Shown here piece by piece: positions 37,020-51,499 of a stretch of DNA of 64,000 bases. Location: positions 108,996,001-109,060,000 of the forward strand of contig NC_043001.1 in assembly GCF_006345805.1 (NCBI RefSeq), read 5' to 3'. Every line of letters starts with the position of its first letter. Within the stretch, counting starts at the first letter, position 1. The DNA comes from Octopus sinensis (Eukaryota). The notes beneath the pieces were generated by a model. That model was not told the DNA's origin, made no database searches, and worked only from the letters and a program-made list of their open reading frames with translations. A program made the translations under genes and the position numbers.

Positions 37020-37417
37020 GTCCGTATGTCTGTCCGTCTGTCTAATATATGTCTATACATACATACATACATACATACATACATACATACATACACACAT
37101 ACATGCCTTGTATTTATAAGTATATATATGCATAAAAATACAAATTCTGCATACGTATAACACGTACACACCTACACACGATTGTATGTATGTATATATA
37201 TATATTTGTATACCTGCCTATATATATATATATAATATATATACATACATTTATGTATTTATGTTTCTATATATATCTATATCTATATATATTTGATATA
37301 TATATATATCTAAGACAAATGTATCAAGCATAACATATATATAAATATGTATGTATATCTATGTATATATATGGATGTGTATATATATATCAGTTTGTGT
37401 ATATATATATATATATA

Positions 37418-37451
<34 letters not shown>

Positions 37452-37692
37452 CATACATATATATGTATATATATAAAGATAGATATTATTTTATTTATGT
37501 ATTTTTTTATTCTCTTCAGCCAAGTGGCTGCGGTCGTGCTGGAGCCTCATCATGACCTTCCCTCCTTATCCTGTGTTCTTTGCACGTTCCTTGCATGGCT
37601 CTTCCTCGCCAGCTGATGTCGTCCAAACAAGAGATTTGTTGGCACATCTGGTGTTCAAGAGAATTTGCCATCGGTGCGCTCAACTGTGTCTC

Positions 37693-37744
<52 letters not shown>

Positions 37745-37824
37745 TATATTATTTGGAAATATATATATATATATGTTTGTATATGTAAATAGATATATAT
37801 ATTAAATAGATATACATAGCCATG

Positions 37825-37883
<59 letters not shown>

Positions 37884-38276
37884 TATATTATATATATATA
37901 TATAGTAAATTCCCAAATATACAGTCACAGGCACAACTGCACACGCATGTGTGTGCAGAAGTGTTTGTGTATGCGTATGTCGGTATTAATTGAACGTTTA
38001 TAGCTTAAGGGTATAACAAAAGAATTGTCAAAAAAGAAACCCTAATATTCATTCCACCGCCCCCCTAAAAAACAAGACAATGCACAAAACAAGAACCGAA
38101 ATAATACTATTATGATCACGAATTATAACATACCATCCTCCGTGATATGACTGATAATGCTAGAAAATAATTAGAATATTCATATCAGTAGATTCGTAGA
38201 GAGTGGAAGAAGTCGCGGAAGAAGGAGGAGGTAGGGCAGAAGATGAAAAATATGAAGAAGTGTAATAAAGGTGTTA

Positions 38277-38477
38277 ATAATAATAATGATGATGATGATG
38301 GCGATGATGATGATGATAATAATGATGATAATGATAGTAATAATAATAATGATAATAATAATAATAGTAATAATAATAATGATTATAATAATAATAATAG
38401 TAATAATAATAATGATTATAATGATAATAATGATAATAATAATAATGATAATGATAATAAAAATAATGATAATAGTA

Positions 38478-38535
<58 letters not shown>

Positions 38536-38755
38536 TGATAATGATAATAATGATTATAATAACAATAATAATGTTAATAATAACAATAATGATAATAATA
38601 ATAATAACAACAATGATAATAAGAATGATAATGATAATAGTAATAATGATAATTATATTAATAATAATAATAATGATAACGTTAATAATAATAACAATGA
38701 TAATGATAATGATAGTGATAATGATAATGATAGTAATAGTAATGATAATAATAAC

Positions 38756-38814
<59 letters not shown>

Positions 38815-38830
38815 CAACAATAATTATAAT
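38277..38830. repeat. (TAA/TGA/CAA)n compound trinucleotide array
   Basis: Directly visible; source of the poly-N and poly-I ORFs. Confidence 0.95.
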
Positions 38831-39061
38831 AGAAAAAATCGTTGGTAGATATAAAGATTAAAGAACTAGGAAGATAAGGAGATTAAAGGTAAAAAAAGTA
38901 ACAAGAGCGAAAGTAGTGGTGGTAGGAGGAAGTGGAGAGAAAGCAGAGAGTTGGTTGTAGCACTAATAGTAATAGCAGTAGTAGTGGTAGTAGTAGTAAA
39001 GTAGAAGGGAAGAAGAATATGAAGGCGGAAGAAGTGGTTGAAAAAGTAAAGGAAAGACGAA

Positions 39062-39106
<45 letters not shown>

Positions 39107-39149
39107 CAGTAGTAGTAGTAGCTGCAGCAGCAGCAGTAACAGGAGAAGA

Positions 39150-39830
39150 AAGAATAAGGGGGAGAAAGACGAGGAAAAATAAAGAAGGAAAAGAAAAAGC
39201 AGAAGAAAGAAGAATAAAAAGGAAGAAATGAGGAGAAAGAAGAAGAAAGAAGGAAGAGGAAAGAAGTAAAAAGAAATAAGAAGAAAGAATAAAGAATAAA
39301 TAGGAAGAAAGAAGGAGAAAGAAGGAAAAAGAAAACGCAGAAGAAAGAAGAATAAAAAAGAAGAAAGGAGGAGAAAGAAGAAGAAATAAGGAAGAGGAAA
39401 GAAGTAAAAAGAAATAAGAAGAAAGAATAAAGAATAAAGAGGAATAAAAAGTGGATGGAAGTCAGAAGAAGAAAAAAAGAAAAAAGCAGAAAGAAGTCAG
39501 AAGAAAGAAGAAGAAAGAAGAAAAAAGGAGAAAAAGATGAAAAGAGAAAGAAGAAGAAACAAAAGAAGAAAAGAAAGAAAAAAGAAAAGAAGAAAGGAGA
39601 ATGAAAAAGAATGAGAAAGAAGAAAAATGAAAGTAGTTGAAGAAAGAAAAGAGTAGAAAGAAGAAGAAAGAAAAGAAGAAGAAGAAGAAAGAAGAAGAAA
39701 AGAAGAAGAAAGTAAGATGGAGAAAGAAAAAAGAAAAAAGACAGGAGATATGAGAAAGAGGAGAAGATGGAAGAAGAAGAGAAAGGCGATGAAGAAAAAA
39801 GGATGTGGTCGTAGGAAAGAACCAACAGGA
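39150..39830. repeat. Polypurine (GAA/AAAG-rich) tract with an internal ~140-bp duplication
   Basis: Almost only A/G on the + strand; about 39205-39300 is repeated at about 39345-39440. Confidence 0.9.
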
Positions 39831-39983
39831 GTATCATTAGTAGTAGTAGTAGTAGTTAGTAGTAGTATAAACAGAAGCTAGTGACGGTGGGGGATGATGT
39901 AAAATTATAGGAAAGGACAACAGGATGAAATATTGAAGTATGTGGTTACTTTTACCTTCTATTTGCAGACTATACTTACATCC

Positions 39984-40014
<31 letters not shown>

Positions 40015-40407
40015 TTAAGTGTATACTTTTATATTGTTACACATATGCTTACGCGCACATATGTTATATATGCATATACCATTAGCAATGCTTAAAAAAG
40101 TATATACATAAGAATTTACATTCATTCACGTTCTTAGAATGAATGTCATGATTGAAAACTTGAATAGAAGAGAAGGCAAGCATTAAACTTACACCGACTC
40201 TCATTTCCCGCGCACAGAGACTTCCTTTCTCCCCAACTTTTATACATATGTGATCTCACAAACAAAAACGTGCATGCGTGTAGAAAAATACACATGCTCA
40301 AGTATTTGTTGTATATTTTGTAAGATTCAAACACAATTGCTGATGTTTGTGTCATATAAATAGCCTAGACAAGACTCTGAAGAGACTTTTACTTATAAAT
40401 ATCTACG

Positions 40408-40515
<108 letters not shown>

Positions 40516-40589
40516 GCCTGTCATTAGGTGGAGAAACATACAGATAGATATCTGCCTAGTGTACCTCTCAAAGTCCGTGGTCTATAGAG

Positions 40590-40900
40590 ACACGTTCACA
40601 CTATTAGATGGCATCACAAAGCATTACATGGGGATGGCAACTAACGATTTTAAAGTAAGGTATACACAGCATAAGCGCTCCTGCATTTGCAAGGATAGGG
40701 AAAGCTCCACCTTCCTGTTCCCTTTCATTTGGTGACTCCAAGACCACTGGAACTCTTTCGGCGACATCGAATGGAGTATCATTGACGGGGCACCTCTTAC
40801 CATGATCTCGCATATGCTAACTATGTCTCAACATACTCAACCAAAGAGCAGTATCCATCAGCAGGAAGAAAGAACTATCTTATTGCTGCCACCAGAGGTA
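40590..40900 (+). pseudogene. PLE GIY-YIG endonuclease fragment (different family)
   Basis: KHYMGMATNDFKVRYTQHKRS...ST..FIW*L, then IEWSIIDGAP and a C..LCL remnant. Confidence 0.65.
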
Positions 40901-42123
40901 CTCTCTGTTAATGAACACCAAGACACTATCAACTAACAACCAAACTATACCAGCTAAGAGCAAGCTGTCCTCCACACAGGGTTGGGGTATTTATTCACTG
41001 CTTCCCCTATAGATTACTGCCCAACTATATTGATCATCCAATCTCTATTTTAAGCGACATCAACATCAGTTAATCCCATTCAATGCAGCTGCCACTAATG
41101 TGTTAGGTAGTACTCTTCCTGAACGACGTCTGGGCTACTTCATTATGGCTGTTCCGTACGGAACCACGTTACTATTATTTTTTAAACCCAGAAGAACATC
41201 TCCTCCAGCTGGTTAACGATACAAACTGTGTCTCCGTTATATTACAATCCATACCATCTAGCATTTTGACAGGACAAGTAGACCAGCCCGGTTTCAGGCT
41301 ATTTTGCCCTTCCACAGTAAGGGACACCTGTCCGCTAGAAATAGCAATCGTTCGCCCCAGCTCGCAATGTATAGAAAAATAAGCGACATTCAGCCGCTGA
41401 TCTTACAATAAGCAAAAGTAGCTAATTCTAAGGTCTCTATAAGAGATGTAAGTAATAAATATATTGAAAAGTCGATTTAAAGGTTGATTAAGTAAATAAA
41501 TATCACGCAGGATATCAATGATTGTGTGATGAGGAATATAAATGAACGGTGTTTCGAATGCTAGTGACTGAAGGAAAGGAATCTGCAAGTTCTTTGTTGG
41601 TTGTTACCAGAATACGAGAATGATATAATAGAGATAGAAATACATAGAAAATCTGTAAGGGAATGGTTTCAGTAAAATGCAAAACAAAACACAACTCTTT
41701 CAAAAAGAAAAAAGAAGTATTTTGAGGGAAATTTACAATGGTCTGTAGTTATGTGAAAGAAATGTTGCATAAAATATTTAGTACGGGACCTGAAAGGCAA
41801 TAGTAATAAAGTACGGAAGAAGGCTGGTTGTATAGGATGGGTCTATCTTGAGAGTGTGAGCGTAGCTAGTAAAGTTGACGGTAGCCATTATATAATGATA
41901 AAACCAGGAGAGAGCGGAAACAAAACGGTAGGATAATGTGGAGTGCGTTAGCGTAAAGATGATATTTTCTGTCTTTCTCATGCAATTCCTCATCTCTCAT
42001 TACACTCTCCTTCTATCTATGTTTATATGCATATATATATAATAATAAATATTAGGGAATAAATCCAAATTTACAGGGAAAAAATCAGATTTAGGATTAA
42101 ATCCAATTTTATAGTAAAATATT

Positions 42124-42438
42124 ATATAATATTAATTCGAGACAAAACCACTATTTTGCAAAACAAACAAGGAAAGACTTAATCAATACATAAAAATTTT
42201 TAATATAAAGAAATAAAGCGCCACTACAATCGTTTCATGTCTTCAATGACATTCGTCAGGTGGATTTTCGATCTCCTAATCTGATTAGGAGATCGAAAAT
42301 CCACCTGCGAATGTCATTGAAGACATGAAACGATTGTAGTGGCGCTTTATTTCTTTATATTAAAAATTTTTATGTATTGATTAAGTCTTTCCTTGTTTGT
42401 TTTGCAAAATAGTGGTTTGTCTCGAATTAATATTATAT
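42124..42438. repeat. Near-perfect ~315-bp palindrome made of a PLE-type terminus
   Basis: Arms of about 158 bp centred on 42282 (1-nt spacer), differing by two single-base indels. The outer part is homologous to 58260-58420. Confidence 0.92.
42221..42263 (-). ncRNA. Minimal type I hammerhead ribozyme, canonical core
   Basis: CCAC-CUGACGA-AUGUC(AUUGAA)GACAU-GAAA-C(GAUU)GUA-GUGG. All three stems pair. Predicted cleavage after GUA. Confidence 0.8.
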
Positions 42439-42688
42439 ATATATATATATATATAATATATATAATATATATATATACATACTATATTGTATGCATATCT
42501 GCATACATGTGGATACATTCACATATATATGCATATACACATATATATATATATATATATATAATGTTTATAATATGTATAATATATACTATATATATGT
42601 GTGTGTATGCATATATATATATATACATACTATATTGTATGCATATCTGCATACATGTGGATACATTCACATATATATGCATATACAC

Positions 42689-42719
<31 letters not shown>

Positions 42720-42775
42720 ATATATATAATGTTTATAATATGTATAATATATACTATATATATGTGTGTGTATGC

Positions 42776-42818
<43 letters not shown>

Positions 42819-42866
42819 GTATTTATGTACGTACGCATACATATATGAATGTATGTATGTACATAT

Positions 42867-43757
42867 TTGGTCACCCTACAAATAATGCGTTTTTTTTCAA
42901 TTGCATGAAATAAAAGACGGTGGGGGATAGGATAAACTACCTGCATCAACTTGCTATTCTTAGTGCAAGTTTTGAAGAGTGCAGTTCGATTTTAACACTT
43001 ATTTTTTCAAAGCAATAATGGAAGTGACAAAGGAGCATATTCGGCACATTTTGCTTTATGAGTTCAATATAGGCAACAACGCAACAGAAATTGCGAGGAA
43101 TATTAATGCAGTATATGGGGATAGGACAATAAGCGTAAGCCAAGCCAGTGTCAACACTGGTTTCAGAAATTCTGAGCTGGAAACTACAACCTAGAAGACG
43201 AGCCTCGTACTGGAAAATCTGTAGAGCTCGACGAGGACTTTTTGCAAACCCTAGTGGAACAAAATCACATCCTAACTTTTAAGGAACTAACAGAAAAGAT
43301 TGGATTTGGTCATTCAACCAATCATCGATACCTGCGTGCTATCGGAAAACGACCATCTTTGGTTTCAAGACGAAAGATATTCGCCCATCAGGATAACACT
43401 CGGCCACATACAGCGAGGATGACATTCCAAAAGTTGGAACAGTTTAAATAGGGAATTATGTCCCAACCGCCATATTCGCCGGACATTGCCCCATCTTATT
43501 TACTAATTCTGTAGTCTTCAAAATCATTTGGACGGTAAAAATATGAGTTTTGTAGACGAGGTGAAACAGCACTGGTGTAGCATTTTTCGTCACGGACAAG
43601 TGAATTTTAGAAGAGGGTCCTTGCAAGTCTACCAGATAGATGGAAGAACATTGTAGAAAATAAAGAGAGTATATTTTAGATTAAAAGAAAACTTTGTTTA
43701 TCTTTATTTTGAAAAATAAAAGAAGTATAAAAGACAGCATTATTTATGGGATGACCG
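42867..43757 (+). mobile_element. Internally deleted, decayed mariner element
   Basis: MEVTKEHIRHILLYEFNIGNNATEIARNINAVYG, NLEDEPRTG, FAHQDNTRPH, PPYSPDIAPS. About 30-bp imperfect TIRs (GGTCA.CC.A.AAATAATGC). Confidence 0.88.
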
Positions 43758-43969
43758 TATATATACACACATATATATAAGTGTGTGTGTGTGTGCGTGT
43801 GAGAATGGAATAAGCAGAGCAAGAGCACACACGATGACGGAATGTGTCACTGAGAGGATACAGACGTGTGACGAAAGATTTCCGGACAATGGACATGAGT
43901 TAGAATAAGAACAATAATAAACGAGTGAAGAACGAATATATAGTGTTTGTGTTTAAATGATCAACCCGT

Positions 43970-44358
43970 CGCTTTGTGGTAAGAAACTTGCTTCCCAACC
44001 ACATTCTTTCGGTTTCACTGTATGGCACCTTGGGCAAGTGTCTTCTACTATAGCTTCGGTGTCGACCAAAGCCTTGTGAGTGGATTTGGTAGAGGAAACT
44101 GAAAGAAGCCCGACGTATATATATATGTATATATATGTTTATGTTTGTGTGTCTATGTTTGTCCCCCCCCACCATCACTTGAGAACCGATGTTGGTGTGT
44201 TTACGTCTCCGTAACTGCGTGGTTCGGCAAAAGAAACCGATAGAAAAAAGTACTAGGCCGTACAACCAATAAGTCCTGGAGTCGATTTGTTCGACTAAAG
44301 GCGGTGTTCCAGCATGGCCGCAGTCAAACGACTGAACAAATAGAAGAATAAAAGAATA
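43970..44358 (+). mobile_element. SINE family A, full length
   Basis: Head, GGCACCTTGGGCAAGTGTCTTC, body and ...GGCCGCAGTCAAACGACTGA tail. Confidence 0.88.
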
Positions 44359-44740
44359 TATTTACGCATAGACACATCCATACATCCTGCTACATATGTA
44401 GCTTTAGAGCACGGAGACGATATATTATCTTATTTCATTTTGTCGTCAGCTTGGGCTATTTTCTGAAATTTCTTTTTTACGATATTGAATTATCCGTCGC
44501 TATTCCGTGGTGCCAAACGATATCAAGGAACATGAGACGACGCGTATTTAACTGGTTTATATCATGATGGCTTCTTTTGTTTGTATAAAAGATGTTTATT
44601 CTGTGAGAGTATGTATAGTGGCACAGGCAATTATAACAGCAAAAAGTATAGATATAAATACATAATGGAATAATTATACGACGAATGTAATGAAAGAACG
44701 AAAGCAAACGATGAACGACAAGAAACGTTTACTCTCTACA

Positions 44741-44773
<33 letters not shown>

Positions 44774-45121
44774 TACGTTATATAATTAGGGTTCAGTAAA
44801 ATAATTTACTTTACCACACACCGAACTTTTAGAAATAGCAGTCAAAAAATCTTAGCTATTTCTTCTACTATAAAAAAAAAATCTCCCAGACAATGTATAC
44901 TCAAAAATAATTCACGCAGGTATTGAGGGAAAAATAACGAAAGATCACACGTACATCGATTACTCGAGAACGCCGTTTCTAGATTAGTTGAATATAAAGA
45001 TCAACATTTCCTTCGTCAGCTCAAGATTTCTTTAGATTTGGATTTGAGAGCACTAAAAATCGAACATACCCGTCTGATATGAGTAATCCCAGACAAACCA
45101 CCTCGACCGCCAGTACCAACG

Positions 45122-45171
<50 letters not shown>

Positions 45172-45881
45172 TATATAAACAGATCGAGAAAGTAAGAGAG
45201 ACATAAATGGGTTTTGTGAGTGGGTGTATATGAGAAAGAGAGAGGAGAAAGAGAGAAAGAGAGGGGAAAAAGAAATAAAAATAATATAAGGGTAAAAGGG
45301 TAAAAATAAGAATAAAAATAAAATAAAAGTGAATGTGATGATAGAGATACGTAGGTATTGCATCGTGGTGAGAGGTCAAATGTTAAAGTTTCAGTAATGT
45401 GGGGGTGGAGGGCCAATCTAGGTAAGTCACAAAGGACAATAGTTTAGTGGTTAGTACTACACTCACACACACATGAACTTATATATATATACATACACAT
45501 ATATACATACACATACATATATACACACACATAGATATATATACACACATAAGCGTACATATAAAGCACATACATATATACATAGATACACACACATATA
45601 TATATACTTATATCCATCCACCCATATATATACATATACGTTCGCTGCTTTCTTCTAAGGAATCTAGTGCTCTTAGTTTAGTTTTTCCTTGGGGCTGGCC
45701 AGATTGGAGCAATCTGAAGTATAATCAGCCGAAATTGCGATGATAATCTGGTACTTGACTGAAGAAAGAAAACTTCGAATGACCCGTCCTTGTTTTCTTG
45801 TATAGTCCATCTGGATGTTTTGTTGTCCCTTTTGTATCACCTAGCTGTCCGGATGTTTTGCGTTCTTGTCCCGTTTTGCAT

Positions 45882-45952
<71 letters not shown>

Positions 45953-46299
45953 TATTATATAGGTGGTTTTAGAGTCGGTTCATGGCTGCTATTTTCAGCA
46001 TGGTGGTATCTCGTAGATACCCTAATTTATAATTTTATATATATATACAAGAATAAATGAATACACATAAGAAAATAAAGAAAAATAAATAAAAGTCACA
46101 TTAAAATAAACACAACTTTGAATCGATTATCACTGAGATATATCGTTCTATTGTAAATCTGTTCGCGCTCCAAATTTTCCCAGCCATGTGTTGCATTTTT
46201 TCATTGTGGAAGTAATATCGAAGTAATAAAATCGCTTGACTTCTAAATTGAAAGTAGGCTTCGACTTGCTGAGTTTGTAAGTTGTGCTGACTGGCTGAC

Positions 46300-46560
46300 T
46301 ATGTAGAATATGTACCTAGGTATCGCTTAGTGATGAGTGAAGCATTCCAAGGAATATTGAATTCTTACGTAGAGACAATGCTTCAAATTTGGTATATGGG
46401 ATGGCAATGTATCTTGAACTACAATAACCCAAGTAGATAACTGGTCTTATTTACTATAAAGAAAGGGATGAAAGGCACCAAATAGGAGGACTTGTATTCA
46501 TGTCAAAGATCAATATGTTGTAAATTCCATTCACACATCTTTGAGAAATCACAATCAGAT
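46300..46560 (+). pseudogene. Possible highly decayed Tc1-type transposase fragment
   Basis: SEAFQGILNSYVETML..W....YNNPS loosely resembles the Tc1 DDE region. Weak. Confidence 0.25.
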
Positions 46561-47175
46561 TCTTAGATGTATTGATTTTTAACACACACGCACACATACA
46601 CACGCGCACACAGAGACACAAACAGACACACACACGCACACATACATACACACACATGTACACACGTACACATTCACGCGTACTCTACATCTGTGCATAC
46701 TTGGGAATAAACATACAGACACACACACATATATATATACATTATACATATATATATATATATCGATAGAAATTGTAAGAGAACAAAAGAATAAATGAGA
46801 CCACCTCGATATTATGTAAATAGAGGAATTTATCTGTAAATGTAACATGTGACAATTATTCGGTAGCCATGATAAAACTCCACACACAAACATAAACATA
46901 TGTATATATCTTTATTTAGCTACCTATCTATATATGTTACATATAAATAATTACAAAAAGATTGTTATTTTAAGTGTTTCGCAAAACCGATCTTCATCAA
47001 AATCGAACATGTGAAATCGGAAATCGTTAACGACGAAATTCAAATCTAAGTGATTTCACACTTATTATTATTAGTAAAATATTCTGTGTACCTTTGTTAT
47101 CTTTGTGCATAAAGAAATATACACACAGGGACACACCCAATTGTGGATGCAAATATATCCGTACACACACAAACA

Positions 47176-47253
<78 letters not shown>

Positions 47254-47289
47254 CACACACACATGTCAGAGGAATGTTTCGACCACTGT

Positions 47290-47890
47290 ACATCAGGTGA
47301 TTTCTTCTGGTTCACTGCCACCCACTGTCAATGACTCATTGTCACCAACCCTGAACTTCCACCATCTATTTCGTCCCTAAAATATATAAACGAGATAATC
47401 CCGGTCGCTCTATTGTTTCTGCTTGCAATTGCCTCACAACTTTTATCTCCGTACCTCGACAAAGTTTTATGTCTTCTCGTTACTGCCCTACCTTTGCATA
47501 TCAAAGACACTGACCATGCACTAGATCTCTTCACCGCATTCTCTTTTACACCTGGTGAATCCCAAACTCCTTTTCACCATGGACATTAAATCATTGTACA
47601 CAGTCATCCCTCACAATGACGGTCTGCTAGCATTTAAGCACTTCTTAGACCACCGTTCTGTACCTGAATCTAGCACTAATGCGCTCCAACGCCTAGCTGA
47701 GCTTGTCTTAACACTTCAGTTGTTTTTCCTTCTCTGCTGAATTTTATAAGCAGTAAACGGTGTTGCTATGGGCACAAGGATGGGTCTCGATTTTCCAACC
47801 TCTTTGTTGCTTATGTAGAGGAGTAAATTTTTGCTCACTTCTCTGGACTCATCCCAGAGATTTATGGTCGTTACATTGACGACTGCAATC
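47290..47890 (+). pseudogene. PLE reverse transcriptase fragment (third family)
   Basis: IYFVPKIYK.DNPGRSIVS, LLFTMDIKSLYTVIPH, KQVNGVAMGTRMG, GRYIDDC. Confidence 0.88.
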
Positions 47891-48192
47891 TCTAGGAAAC
47901 GAAAGGAGCAACAGGTATGTATGAACGTTTTTCCTTTCATCCTTCCACTTCCTCTTAATTATTTTTTACCCTTTCTAATCCTCCTTCCACATACACTCTC
48001 TCTCTAACATTCCCGTATTTACTCACCTCTACTCTCTCAATCATCCTTTTCCTCCTCCTTTCTGCACACCTCCTCCTATAATTTCTGTTTCACGTTAGCA
48101 GCTCGTGTCATTCTTCATCCATTATCAGTTGCAGACAGTTTTTCAAGCCGAGAGGATGTAAATTCTGTTTGACTCTTTTCTCTTTTTCTCTA

Positions 48193-48227
48193 CCCCCTGA
48201 CGAAAGATTGAATCCGAAACGTTGGAT
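48193..48227 (+). ncRNA. Degenerate hammerhead motif downstream of the PLE RT fragment
   Basis: CCCC-CUGACGA-A-AGAUUGAAUCC-GAAA-CGUU-GG. Core intact; stems I and II damaged. Confidence 0.5.
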
Positions 48228-48632
48228 ATTACACTCCTCACGGCAAATTCACTGTATACCTTTCACATTTTCTATATATGTATATACACACACACACCTG
48301 CACACACACATACATATTGATGCCTGATGAACGTACGCATGGACGAGCAGGCTGTTCCGTCGATCGGATCAACTGGAACACTCGTTGTCTAACCGACCGA
48401 GTGCCACGATTCTTGAATAAAATATTATTTACAGCGATTTCGAAGCTCCGGCCAGTTAAGACATCGTTGGATTGGCCGAAATTTCGACGTCGTTTGTCAA
48501 TAATATCCATGCTTATGTATAATATATTTGTACTCTACAGTGGTATAAAGTAACCCAATAGACTAATGTAAAATTGTTTTTAATATAACTGCACATAAAA
48601 CAAACATTAGACACACACACACACACACACAG

Positions 48633-48664
<32 letters not shown>

Positions 48665-50308
48665 ACGTACACACATACATATACATGAATATATATGTCT
48701 CTTTAGAGAGAGCTTTTTTTATATCCAATACGCAATTACGACCGCTTCAGAAATTAAAGATATTATCTTAATCCATGTATTAATCTTCTACGATAATTTA
48801 CTTGTCTTCTTTCAATAACTTTTACTATGTCGAAAGTATGCGCTGTTGTTGTGTCCCGGGAAAACACTGCACCGTCAAACATAAAAACAAACAAACAAAA
48901 AAACAAAACAAAAACGAAAAATGAGACATCAGAAATTAAAGATGTAAAATACAAGAAAAAAAAACAGTAAAATAAAACGATGCATGAGAATAAATAGAAA
49001 TAAATAAATAAAATCTAATAACCACGCTGGTTTGTTATTGACATAGGTTTATTTGATGAAGAGCCAACCAATGATATTTGCATTCATTTTTCAGTACAGA
49101 ATATTTGTCATACGGACAAACTTAGATAATTGTTGTTAACAATTATTTAACTTGATGTCTAGTGGAATATCTAAGACACAAAATAATCTCCCAGGCAGTG
49201 GAAGTTCTCGATACAGTTCGATATTCAGGGAGTTGCCACTTGTTACTCGGAAGGATCCCAAAATTCTTAAAACAGAGGTTCTTTAGAAAGCTGTAACCTA
49301 AAATTGAAGCAAGAATGTTTAATTAGTGGTATCAAAATCAACATATAGAACTTATATTATAAATTTGGTAGACATAAATCAATTGACAGGAGTATATGCA
49401 GGAATTCGGGAGTATTTAGGAAATTAGCATCTTTAACGTGATTGACTAACCTAACGTCAGTTATAAAATGGGAAGTTCTGGTTCGCTAATTCTCGAGAAA
49501 GGAGAATTTTGCTACGAACGACCAGCGATCTTGATGTGAAAACGATTTTGATTTCAATTTGAACAGATTTCAAGCCTGAATCTTTGAAGATAAGCTTTGA
49601 ATTCTACAAATCTTTGAATAGAAGTAACCAGAATTATTGTGACAATGTATTCAGAGTTTTCTTTGATCTCTATTCTACATTTCGATGAACATTTAAATAT
49701 TTATAATATTTTAACAATTGAAATGTTTTACCAGATGGTTTTATGAAATTTCTGCAGTTTTATTGAAATGTTTCCACGCGGTCTATTGTAATTTGTCTCT
49801 GAATTCATTTATCATTCATTATCCATCTTGAATTTAATTAATAGACCTTACTGCAATTCATATATCCACATTCATACTTACTGCTTTATATATATCAACC
49901 TACAAATATATATATATATAGAATAAAACTTTATATATAAAGAACGTGAAATTCACGAATTGACGAACACGGAAATCAGACAGTCATTCAGAGCCTTCAT
50001 TCTTCAGTCAGAAACCGATTCATCATGGCAAATTTCGGCTGTTTAATTCTGAGATTTGCTCCAAAACGGCCAGCCCCAATGAAAAGCTAAGCTATGGGCA
50101 TTAGATTTCCTTGGCAGAGGGAAAGAATGTGACAACCGAGACGAATAGGAAAACAAGAGACGAAGATCAAATTGGAAACAGTAACGAATAAAAACAGGAA
50201 TGTTTATGACTTTGAGACAAAATGGGACAAAAACAATTGATCAGCAAGCGTGGGAAGCGGTTACCTTTTCGGTAGAGAAGACACGTGTAGTACAGGCGGC
50301 TGTCACCA

Positions 50309-50424
<116 letters not shown>

Positions 50425-51175
50425 ATTATATATATATATATGTATATATACATATACATATACACACTTTTTCAATTCCTGAGCGTTATACTAATACATC
50501 TGTTTGTTTTCTACACCACCTGTCTTCGCCTTTTGATTTTCTTTGTGAATCCCCCTATATTAACATATACATACAAACAAACACACACACACACACACAC
50601 ACACATACACACACACATATATATTACATATATATACATATATAACAATGAAAAGATAAGTGATATAGATATCCACTTTATACAGCTCAACCGAGTAGGA
50701 ATATAAAATTAAGGAGAGGAGAAGACAAATTCAAAGGCCGATACATATATTCATTCAATCCATATTAACGAAGTGCATACATAGATGCATTCATCTATAT
50801 GATATATAAAAATTTTAAAGAATTTATAAATACATATATATACACGAAAATTTATAAATATATAAAAATTCATACACATATAAAAATTTACAAACGCATA
50901 AAAATTCATATATGTAAATATATAAAAAAAGGTGTAGTATATGTAAATATATAAAAAAAGGTGTATAAAAAAAGGTGAAGTTGCGAAGTCCCAATAAAAT
51001 GGATGATGAAGCGGATGTAAACTCATTCATAAGGAGTCTGGAATATGCGTAAAGTTTATGTATAAAGTCTTACGGCCGTTTCGAAAAGATATATGTTGGT
51101 ATGGGCGAGCTAACTCCAACCATAGCAATAGTCAATACTTCTCTCATCAGATGAATTGGTTTTCTACTCTCCTTA

Positions 51176-51224
<49 letters not shown>

Positions 51225-51326
51225 CAAATATATAAATATAACATATATATGACAAATATATATATATATATATATATAAATATAACATATATATGACAAT
51301 ATATATATATATAATATATATATAAC

Positions 51327-51360
<34 letters not shown>

Positions 51361-51403
51361 ACAAATATATAAATATAACATATATATGACAAATATATAT
51401 ATA

Positions 51404-51442
<39 letters not shown>

Positions 51443-51499
51443 GTCCAGAAGCAACACTGGACAGATTTAGAACCGTATCTCATGGCACAACTAAGTTAT

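Noticed and set aside
38243-38861. Long poly-N/poly-I ORFs (also 54874-55540 and many YI/HT/CV/LSIY ORFs)
   Set aside because: Translations of microsatellites, with no domain content.
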